DNA from: Laetmonice hystrix
Taxonomy: Eukaryota
DNA length: 64,000 nt
NCBI GenBank assembly: GCA_965235115.1
Contig: OZ249448.1
Location: forward strand, 7,626,001-7,690,000
Reading direction: 5' to 3'
The notes beneath the pieces were generated by a model. That model saw nothing but the letters and a program-made list of their open reading frames with translations. It was not told the DNA's origin and searched no databases. This document shows positions 24,698 to 35,779 of the stretch, one piece after another (position 1 is the stretch's first letter; each line of letters opens with the position of its first letter). The translations under genes were made by a program, and so were the position numbers.

Positions 24698-25349
24698 CTT
24701 GGCCAAGGTGCCTTTTGATAGGTGAGTGGTGAAGAGCTCCTTGAGTCCCGCTCGGTGGGCCTGGTCCCGCTGACGCCTGGTATAGGTTTGGCTGGTTCCC
24801 TTTGTATGGATGACGGGTAGAGTCGCGGTACAGGCGCCACCAGTGACGGTGGCGTGCTCGACTTGGATGACGTGGATGACGATGGCGTACTGGACGATGA
24901 GGGCGACACGAAGGACGCCGTGTGCGATGACGACACGTGTGACGTGACGTGTGACGTGACTGTGTGCGATGTGGTGTGAGCGGTGGTGGTCGGCGTCGAC
25001 GTCCGCGACCGGGCGACGACCGCCAGAGGCGACCGTCGCGCGACGGCCGCTGCGGCCGCGACTGCTACTGCTGCTGCTGCTGCTCCGGCGGGCGACGGCG
25101 ACCGCGTCAAGGAATGTGGGTTGGACAGGGGCCGGTGGAGCGCCGACGTCGGAGTTACCGAGTGGCGTTGTGTGACCGGAACGACCGGCGCCGTGGACTG
25201 CGTAAACGTGCCATTGTGGACTGTCGTCCCCGGCAAGGATGATGAAGATGATGATGAAGACGATGATGAAGATAATACAGGAGTGACTGAAGCTGACGAG
25301 ACTACACTAGGACTTCCACTAACGTTCAAAACGCCTATAGTATTTTCCC
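24698..25349 (-). CDS. AUTS2: AUTS2-family large Ser/Thr/Pro/Ala-rich exon (ENTIGVLNVSG...poly-S...poly-A...PAKPIPGVSGTRPTERDSRSSSPLTYQKAPWP; phase 1/2)
   Basis: Acceptor ctctctttgtttttttcag| and donor AAG|gttagt. 652 nt = 2+648+2, open throughout. Phases match the exons at 32374 and 17422. Low complexity, so it is assigned mainly by splice logic and position. Confidence 0.85.
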
Positions 25350-25780
25350 CTGAAAAAAACAAAGAGAGATTTTATAACTTGTTAAGAAAACAAAACATTC
25401 AACGTCAAACCACTATAAACTACCGGTACACGATTTCTTTCCCAACGTTTTGGCCTCTTTTTAAGTCGGGGCGGGGGGGGGGGGGGGGTTATAGGGTATG
25501 AGAACTTTCAATTAGGGTTAGATCTCTACAGTGGTATTTAAGACTTGGGACCGTTCTCTGACCAGGCTGCCAACTTAACAGCCCTTTGTGAACTCTCTCG
25601 CCCTTTTCTCGTCATAGTAGCTTTGATTGTATGCCACCTGTGTGTGGGTACCCGGGATGTTGGCAAGTTGATGGGGACCCTGGCAGTAGGTAACACTGGC
25701 AGGCACAGGCTATCCTTTAAACCTGACCCAGGAGGCAGGCATGGTCTCCTAACACACGTCCTGTAATGAAGGTAGTTACT

Positions 25781-27711
25781 GTGGGAGGGAGGGAGGGTCC
25801 ACACCCTCCACCTGTACACCCAGCTGGCCCCTCTGGCTGCCTCAATGTGGGAGGGAGGGAGGGAGGGTCCACACCCTCATCCTGTACACCCAGCTGGCCC
25901 CTCTGGCTGCCTCAATGTGGGAGGGAGGGAGGGTCCACACCCTCCACCTGTACACCCAGCTGGCCCCTCTGGCTGCCTCAATGTGGGAGGGAGGGAAAGT
26001 CCACACCCTCCACCTGTACACCCAGCTGGCCCCTCTGGCTGCCTCAATGTGGGAGGGAGGGAGGGTCCACACCCTCCACCTGTACACCCAGCTGGCCCCT
26101 CTGGCTGCCTCAATGTGGGAGGGAGGGAGGGTCCACACCCTCCACCTGGACACCCAGCTGGCCCCTCTGACTGCCTCAATGTGGGAGGGAGGGAGGGTCC
26201 ACACCCTCCACCTGGACACCCAGCTGGCCCCTCTGGCTGCCTCAATGTGGGAGGGAGGGAGGGTCCACACCCTCCACCTGTACACCCAGCTGGCCCCTCG
26301 GGCTGCCTCAATGTGGGAGGGAGGGAGGGTCCACACCCTCCACCTGTACACCCAACTGGCCCCTCTGGCTTCCTCAATGTGGGAGGGAGGGAGGGTCCAC
26401 ACCCTCCACCTGTACACTCAGCTGGCCCCTCTGGCTGCCTCAATGTGGGAGGGAGGGAGGGAGGGTCCACACCCTCCACCTGTACATCCAGCTGGCCCCT
26501 CTGGCTGCCTCAATGTGGGAGGGAGGGAGGGTCCACACCCTCCACCTGTACACCCAGCTGGCCCCTCTGGCTGCCTCAATGTGGGAGGGAGGGAGGGTCC
26601 ACACCCTCCACCTGGACACCCAGCTGGCCCCTCTGACTGCGTCAATGTGGGAGGGAGGGAGGGTCCACACCCTCCACCTGTACACCCAGCTGGCCCCTCT
26701 GGCTCCCTCAATGTGGGAGGGAGGGAGGGTTCACACCCTCCACCTGTACCCCCAGCTGGCCCCTCTGGCTGCCTCAATGTGGGAGGGAGGGAGGGTCCAC
26801 ACCCTCCACCTGTACACCCAGCTGGCCCCTCTGACTGCCTCAATGTGGGAGGGAGGGAGGGTCCACACCTTCCACCTGTACACCCAACTGGCCCCTCTGA
26901 CTGCCTCAATGTGGGAGGGAGGGAGGGTCCACACCCTCCACCTGTACACCCGGCTGGCCCCTCTGGCTGCCTCAATGTGGGAGGGAGGGAGGGAGGGTCC
27001 ACACCCTCCACCTGTACACCCAGCTGGCCCCTCTGACTGCCTCAATGTGGGAGGGAGGGAGGGTCCACACCTTCCACCTGTACACCCAGCTGGCCCCTCT
27101 GACTGCCTCAATGTGGGAGGGAGGGAGGGTCCACACCTTCCACCTGTACACCCAACTGGCCCCTCTGACTGCCTCAATGTGGGAGGGAGGGAGGGTCCAC
27201 ACCCTCCACCTGGACACCCAGCTGGCCCCTCTGGCTGCCTCAATGTGGGAGGGAGGGAGGGAGGGTCCACACCCTCCACCTGGACACCCAGCTGGCCCCT
27301 CTGACTGCCTCAATGTGGGAGGGAGGGAGGGTCCACACCCTCCACCTGGACACCCAGCTGGCCCCTCTGGCTGCCTCAATGTGGGAGGGAGGGAGGGAGG
27401 GTCCACACCCTCCACCTGGACACCCAGCTGGCCCCTCTGACTGCCTCAATGTGGGAGGGAGGGAGGGTCCACACCTTCCACCTGTACACCCAACTGGCCC
27501 CTCTGACTGCCTCAATGTGGGAGGGAGGGAGGGTCCACACCTTCCACCTGTACACCCAGCTGGCCCCTCTGGCTGCCTCAATGTGGGAGGGAGGGAGGGT
27601 CCACACCTTCCACCTGTACACCCAACTGGCCCCTCTGACTGCCTCAATGTGGGAGGGAGGGAGGGTCCACACCCTTCACCTGTACACCCAGCTGGCCCCT
27701 CTGGCTGCCTC
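25781..27711. repeat. GC-rich minisatellite, 66/70-bp unit, about 29 copies
   Basis: Unit gtgggagggagggagggtccacaccctccacctgtacacccagctggcccctctggctgcctcaat; units differ mainly by one extra GGGA. Confidence 0.95.
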
Positions 27712-30700
27712 TCTCCAGGATCAAACTCCTGCCAAGAACCAGTCGGTGCCAACAAGGCCTGACCACTGGCTCCACCACCGGCCCAGCGCTCCAACCGGTT
27801 CTATTTAATGAGGCGGCAATGAAAAAGTCAATCAAAGCCTCCTCGGTGGGCAAAAACTTTGACCGATGAGGACGCCTGGGTTTGGTTTGGCATCCATTTA
27901 CCTGATCTTCAATCAATGCATCTCGTTCAAACAACACGCTGCCACATCCACACTTGGAAAAATTCCAACTTAGAAGTTACAGGGGTTCTTTTACAAAGGT
28001 TTAATTTTCATAGTTTATTTCGGAAAGTTTCCATGAATATGAACTTACACCATTCATCACCACCACATCGGCCAAGTTTCCAGAATTGTTTTTTTAAAGT
28101 TCCTTGTATTCACATGGACCTGCGGTCGCCAACTATACCCCGGAAAGCGATCAGTCTCACATATAGTGGCAGGCCCAGGCACACGGGAGTGAAACACGTC
28201 ATTAAACACTCAGTGTGACGGACATTGTGACTGACACCTGTCACTCAGTAATCCACAGCCTGAGGTCAGTATCAGCGCTCTCTTTACCTGGCCCTCGAGG
28301 GCCTCCATTAGGTGGGGATGAAAGCCACCTCCAGACTGCTGGCCGCAAGGAGTAGAATGAAGGCAGATAACGCACCATAAGGTGTGTACGCCTACAACCA
28401 CAGTCAGTTCATTACAGGCCGATTGATTGATTTATTGACGAGTTCTCATCATATAACCGACCAGTGTATACAGGATACAGTACAAGTGGTGGTTTCTATT
28501 GACAGCCAGCTGGCACACGGTTAAAACAGGATTGATTTATTGACTCCCGTGTCACCCTCAGTCTGATGTACATGGGGGGATTATCACACACCCTGACTAC
28601 CCGGGGGTCGAGGCAGGTCAACCACCCTCACCTACTCATAACCTATCATATCAATATTTATTACATGTAGACAATGTGCGCTCTATCACAGCACACCCAC
28701 ACCGACTCACCTGATGTTGGACAGTTATCTATAATATATGTATTCACCAGGTGCAACACCTATTTATTAAGTTCGAGTTACCAAACGTGAGTCTGAAACT
28801 ACACACACAGCACAACAGTCTTGTTCTCCTTTCTCCTAATAAACCTTATTAATGACTTCATTTTTTAACCTTCGTTATAAACACCACATACGTCGAGATC
28901 CAATCAACGCCTTTCTCGGTGTCTGACCCTTCGCTCTCCTCAATATCTCGACATCATTATGTCCCCCAACAATGGTGTGTGCATTTAGGTTTCCATTACA
29001 AATGTAGCCATTATAATACAGCGACTCTCCAATAAAGCAGATTTCGTGGCTCGAATAACTAATGACAGAAGGTTTTGTTCCTGAACTACAACAGTAAATA
29101 TTCCTTCACTTTCTGATTAATGAAAATGGTTCTGGGTAAGAAGAAGGTTCTACCTAAGTAATTACACAAGTTTTCCGAACAAGATCTTAAGGGTAAGCCT
29201 TTCCATTATCCCCTTATCAGCCCGTTAATTATACTGGAGCCAGGATCACTCTGCGCGTCTATCAATAAATCGAGAGGTGTTAAAAAGCTCATATTCTGCA
29301 ATCAGTGTCGTCCATACAAAAAGTCACTTGATTGTATTGACAGTTGGTAGAGCGCATCACGGTAATGATATTATATGGTTTAAATGATGACTACGGCTAA
29401 TGACGGCGCCCATCAAACGTGCGCCCGCCGCCGCCACATCCGGCGCCGTTTGAAGCCTGCCTGGTGGCGGCGTTACGTATACAATCTAGTTACATCCCGC
29501 CCCCAAATCTTCTCTCGTCTCCGACATGAAACAAACAGCACGTCTTGCCGGGTGGCGGCCGCCATCTCTAGTCTCCACCACCACCCACAGATGACGTTTA
29601 AAATCAATATCGTATTGAGACACAGTTCTCTTAACTCTGGTCTTGTACATCGAGATGGTCATAATATCGTAGATGATCTGCCCGAAATTTCCAATCTTAA
29701 ATCTTATTGCACCAAATGTAACGACTTAGTATAGTATATAGTATAGTAACGACTTAGGCTACAACAAAATATGATGAGCTTTTTGAACAGCAGAAGTCGA
29801 CAATCATTTAACGTTTATCAGTAGATTTTCTTTACGTCCCCATATTTAATCGACCAAATATTTGTACACCATTCAGAATACAAATTATGGCAGCACGTGG
29901 CGGTAAACTGAATGTTTAATGTATATTTTCTACCATTATAATATCAATTTAAAATGCCACACACACGTCCGAACCGACTGCGATGCCATACGTGATGATC
30001 GCCTTGTACGGATTCCGTGACCTACATACGGTGACCTCCAACCTTATTCTCAACCATAACTGGTCTATTCCGCTTTTTCAGCCATCAATATTTATTCGAA
30101 GAGCTGCATGACCATTAGTAATCTGTCATCATAAATCTTATCCTCACTGATTAAAACATTAATATTTCATCTTAGCGTCTCTGGCACTTCAAGATGGTGG
30201 ACTAAAAACATGCATATTTAATACAATATACCACTGACGTTTCCAGCCAAGTATTTAGTTGTGGCAAGTTACTCTGATATTAACCTCACCTGGCCTGGGT
30301 CATTCTCGTCAGTGAGTGAACGTGTAATCTTGGCATCTTATTATCTGTCTAAGTGTAAACTAGAGAGAACGATTTATGACCATCTATATTTATACAGCTA
30401 CCGGAGTGAGAGTTTCCCTGTTTCGAAGTCTGTCCTCTCTATCCTCCATTTATTTCTGTTTTTACTGGTGGGAACGACAGATAATATTAAATGACCTTCT
30501 TTCATGTCCAATGTACCTGTAATTTTGTGGAGGGATATGGCTAGACTTTCTGTGTACTGAGCTGCAGCGATTTTTGTTAAGTGTGTCACTGTATGTAATA
30601 TTTTTGTATAAAACGGTCATGCTTTCTGCCACCAGAGGCGCTGACATTGTACTTCCGTCGTGCTGTATTGGGCTTCATTCGATGAAAGAATTTCCCTGGC

Positions 30701-32373
30701 CTAACACTACAACATTCAGTCATGTTCTTCGACGGTTCTAAAGGGCACTGTTTCAAAGTCAGTCTACTTCTTTACTGAAGAGTCTATTTCCATTTTCTGG
30801 TTGAAATTTGAAATTTACAAATAGTCCTCTGGCTTCGTCCGCCTTTTTAGTCAGTGAGTCGTGATTATTTTTAGGTAGAGAACAGGAATTTCTGGGTAAA
30901 TGTTCTGACTTTTACATTTGTATTTCTGTGGTTAGAATAATTGCCGCCTCATCACATTGTACGATTTGGTAGGGGTATGTTTACATAATGAATACCGGGT
31001 ACGTTCCCATGAATAGTTTGAGGAAAACCATTTTTGTAAGAAAAAAAAACCCTCTTTATTTATGATGCTTTTAGAATGGACATAAATTCATTCATAAATC
31101 AATAAACCTTCATAAACATGCAAATGCGTTAAATAGGTCAGTGGCTATGGCTTTAATGGCCCTTAATGATGCAACGTTTTCATCCTTCGGTATCAAACCT
31201 ATTCATTCGTTATTTTTATTTTACTTGTACAGAAAGTTCAATTACCGGACAAATTGCCACACTCCTTTTTTGATACTAGTTTAGCCCCAACTAATGTACA
31301 TGTGTTGCTATGCTTTATGTTGCTGAACATGAAAATATGTCTAGATAATGAAAGTACACCATCTCTAATATTCGCTAACATCAAGATCCCTATTATCGCC
31401 CTTGTCTTTGTCACTTATCTAAATTACTAGCTGTACTTCCTTCCTGCACTTATTTCAACAACACCTATTTGAAAACATGCTAGGCCTCTCTATCGTTAAC
31501 ACTTAATTTTCACATATATTATCAAGTATCTCCCAAAGCAATTTACATAGTTCACAACCGACATATGCTAGGCAATTGCGCAATTCATGATGAAAAAGGA
31601 ATCCCCTTTACTCAGCGTTCAACCATCCCCGATGTAAAGTACATGGGCTGGTTTTAGAACATTCAAACAAATCCCCTTATGCAATGCCACGTACCCATTA
31701 ATATTAGGCCAAGTGTGGGTAACTAGTGGCGCAGATCGATAATTCTCAATGGCAACTCGCACCATTCCGGATCTATTGTCCCTCTCATCCGACACGGTAA
31801 TCGACCCGTAGTGAGGATGATGTAAGACCTGCTAGTTGTACTACACCCGACCTAATTGACCTTTCTATGTATTAAATCTCTCACCGTCGGAAACCATGCC
31901 AAACCCTCTCCTGGCTAAATGAGCCAAGCTCTTTACACCTCTATAGACCGTATGCTCTTGACTTTGGGAACACCAGATGACTGGCTCAAGTATTGACTGG
32001 CCGGTGACTCGCATGGCGCAATTAATGGGGATTTGATACTTTAGTGACCAACTCAACATCACGATCAATATACATGCAACATCTCTAACCAGTTCTCTCC
32101 CTCACAAAGTTACCCAGCTAACGTCATTACCAGTAATAGGATCTAGCGTGTTACTAAATCTACTATTGATTCACAAGTAAAGAGGTTTTCTCACAGGACG
32201 TACGTCGGTGTAAGAACTGTAGTAAATATACTACAACACATTATAACTAAAACGTTTAGGATCAAGCATCTTAAAGTGTTCATGTATCAACGTTAGATTC
32301 GATCTGAAGGAGGCTCTAACAATTTCCTTTTTTTGTTGTATCATCTGAAAGCTAAGATCAAAGAGATACTTAC

Positions 32374-32422
32374 TTTTAATGTGATGCGTGGAGAAGAAGC
32401 CTTCCGAGCCAACATCAGAAGC
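32374..32422 (-). CDS. AUTS2: AUTS2-family small exon ASDVGSEGFFSTHHIK (phase 0/1)
   Basis: Acceptor cgtatttttctgttgcag| and donor A|gtaagt, 49 nt. Resembles the recalled human exon ASDASSEKLFNTVIVNK, which has the same phases. Confidence 0.85.
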
Positions 32423-35400
32423 CTGCAACAGAAAAATACGATCAAATGAAATTACACTAAATAAACAAGCTTACTTAAACATCCCGAGGATTTAACACAT
32501 TAATCACGCCGCACCACTATGAACTGAAACAAAAAGCTGTTGGTATACTTCGAGGAAAACCTTTGATATAAATTCAGACATAACTTTTATCCTCGACACG
32601 GGAGCACCATAAACAAATGCTGCATGATATCAGTTGGGACATGTACAGCAAACTTCCATAGGCCATCTATAAAATACCACCTGTTGGATCTACATACATG
32701 TACTGGTATTTATATGATTGTAACTCTGTCATTGCTCACCCTACCAATGACTTACGTCATGACCTACCATGCTACCTTCCACATCTTTATGAGACATTGT
32801 GCACCAAGCTCTGTTAGACAAGCATCTTTAAACAACTCGGTTTTCACGATCCCTCTCCCCCATTATAGCCGTCAGCCTTGACCGCTAGCCGTACAATGAA
32901 ACCGTTCCATGTACAGTGTACAGAGGACCACCCTGAACCAGTTCGACTGCCGACAGACAGCCAGAAGACCACAGTTTGAGGCAGGGTCGCGTGCCCTCAC
33001 GCCAGCCTCTCGTCCCCTAACCCACTCTCCTCTCTCCTCATGTAGCTATATAAAACAATGAGCCGCTCCCAATGAGATTTCCATCTCCCCCATCCATTTT
33101 TCAAGCGGCCCCTTCTTGCTCCTGCCATCAGTGCATCATTAGAGTGCATTAAACCAATTTTCCCTTCTCCCGTTTCAGTTTCAAAGGCTTTCATATCATC
33201 GTAAGGAGGTCCTGAGATGTGGCACCATTTCATGTCTGGTTAGTCGTCCATGTTCCAGGCAAAGAGTTGCATGTCACCGGGCTAAGTACATTTGTAACAA
33301 TTTTCCCCAGACAATTTGAGGAGTAATCGATATGCATTACACTCACTTTGCTATAAAAGCACTGAGTGGGGTTGGTAAGAGAGTTGGTCTACCACTCTGG
33401 GCTAACTGAACCCAATCACGCCGACCCAATACCACATCTTGGACCTAGTTAGACGGAGTGGACCAGGGACCAACTTACAACCGTTCATTGGACGTTATCA
33501 TCAACAGATCAAAAAAAACACCGTCAATTCCATAGTCAGCCATTGACTGCTTGATGCGGCATCCTGTTCTTTCTCTGACCCGTTCCTAGGTCGATACGAC
33601 GAGAGGTTTTCTTGTCTTGTTTGTAAAAAACACACTCAATATGCTAGCCCCCGCATCACATGGAGAAACATTAAAACGGAAGGTCGGCACCCTGCTGGGC
33701 TTGCCTCCCCTCCCCCCGTGTCCGTAGGCAATCTCAGTCCCGCTGACGACAGTTTACGGGCCTAATTACTCATTCATCACAACACAGTTCTTTAATTCAT
33801 TGAAATGTACTTTCCTACTCCAGTAAAAACATACCCAAGCTACAGCAAGCCAGTTCATTTCAAAAGGGATTGGGTGAAAAAGGAAGGGGAAAAAGCGAAA
33901 TGCCTACATGCCAGAGGCTTGCCATGTCTGTGATGGCGTCTTGGCCGTTTCCTGTTACCGTTCTCAGCCCGGTATGCTTGGTTTGTATGCATTCAGAGAG
34001 CCATCATTACCTCATGCTTGACAGCTTTATGTTGGCCCCAGGACCAATCATTAACATCCCATGTTGACAGAACAATGGAGCCGGCTCAGTGGAAGGTACG
34101 AAAACTATTAACAATCATATAATTACTGCTCCCTCAGCAATGTCCAGGTGTATTCCAAGATTTATCTGTCGGTGATGACCTCGGCATGTTTACCTATCCA
34201 CGATAAATGGAAATACAGGAACAATACTGCGATAGCGGACCGTAAAAACGGTTCATTTGTCCTGGCTGAAAGAAAACCCAAACTCATGTTCCATGAGAGT
34301 TTAATTACACCATTATTTGAGTGACTCGAGTGACGTCGACGATAATAGAGACGCTGTATTTGTACAGGTAAGATTGGAAATATGTATTCCCTAGTGTATC
34401 CACAGGGACGCTGGGTTACGACAGCGTTGACAAATTTACTTCCCAGATTGTGGCCACATGTGGCACGGGGCGCTGCCTGCATGGCCAGCTGCGGCCATGT
34501 CATCAAGCAGGTTTAAGGTCGTCCAATCATAGCTGATGTACTATGTGGCGCATGGTAAACGGACAGGCCAGTTGTTTGGCCCATTATCATTGGCTCGTTG
34601 TGTACGAGCGATCTCGGGCAAAAATACTGCGGCGACTGTGTCATAGGTGTCGCCAGTGGCAAGATCATGGGTCACATGATATATGTGGTGTAGTCGTAAA
34701 AAAGTCGCCAAGGCATATGGCCTGCAGGCATGGAGGCTCGGGAGGCCTGGTGCGACGGTCATTACATACATCAGTCAGCTTTCTACCATCTACTGTCAAG
34801 AGAGTCACCATCATGGCCGCCCGCTTGTAAGCTACAAAGTAACTAGCATTTGATTTCCTCGGGGCCATGCGACCATGGCTGACCCGGCTGACCTTGTGGC
34901 AAGCTGTGACCAAACCGTCGCCACTTGCCCTGAGCTGGGGTCACGGGCGGGGTCAATGGCGGCATGGAAGCCCGACTTGCATCTTTCTCACGTCGGCTCC
35001 CCGGCCAACCTTCTCCAACCTCCGCGCGTTTCGTGTCAACTTGAAAGGATCCACTTCCTGCCCGGGTCAGAGTGCAGTGTTTAGAATTGCGTTGATTCGG
35101 CCGGAGTCAATGGTGTATGAAAAAGTCGCCGCCCAAGGGACGTGCATTCCAAGGTACCGCTGACACAATTGTCGCCGCCATGATATTTACATTCGCGACC
35201 GGTGGGCAACAATAAAACATTGAAGTGACATTAATCTTTTTGCCATTTTCACACCACATTCATTAGGAATCTGGCAGGAGTATGGCATCGGATTGAGCAA
35301 CCGTTTGATAGCACATTACCTGTGGCGACATTTCAATATTATGGCTCCACAGTTCTAGGAAACATGATTTCCTTTGTCCACAGACAGCAACAATGTTTGA

Positions 35401-35474
35401 GATGCATCTTGTGTACAAAATATACAGTCAGTTCATGTTTATCCGAGCATCAATTCGATGAATACGGCACCCAA

Positions 35475-35779
35475 GAATACATTGGGATACACTGACCTGG
35501 AGGACAGTGCCGAATACATTGAGATACACTGACCTGGAGGACAGTTCCGAATACATTGGGATACACTGACCTGGAGGACTGCCGAATACATTGGGACATT
35601 GGGATACACTGACCTGGAGGACAGTGTCGAATACATTGGGATACACTGACCTGGATGACAGTGCCGAATACATTGGGATACACTGACCTGGAGGACAGCA
35701 CTGCCGAATACATTGGGATACACTGACCTGGAGAACAGTGCCGAATACATTGAGATACACTGACCTGGAGGACAGTGCC
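35475..35779. repeat. Minisatellite, about 37-bp unit, about 8 copies
   Basis: Unit gaatacattgggatacactgacctggaggacagtgcc. Confidence 0.9.

Noticed and set aside
24964-25501. Plus-strand ORFs with poly-Ala and acidic runs
   Set aside because: Antisense shadow of the large AUTS2-family exon; likewise 16944-17456.
25766-27794. Many long ORFs (up to 373 aa) on both strands
   Set aside because: Translations of the 66-bp minisatellite; no splice-compatible role.
27780-27900. RRPHRSKFLPTEEALIDFFIAASL resembling the AUTS2 N-terminal EEDIIDGF motif
   Set aside because: Lies in the wrong order, between two downstream exons, and lacks fitting splice sites; likely coincidence.
30628-30643. CTCF-like ccaccagaggcgc (also 21920)
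   Set aside because: One base short of the core spacing; not counted.
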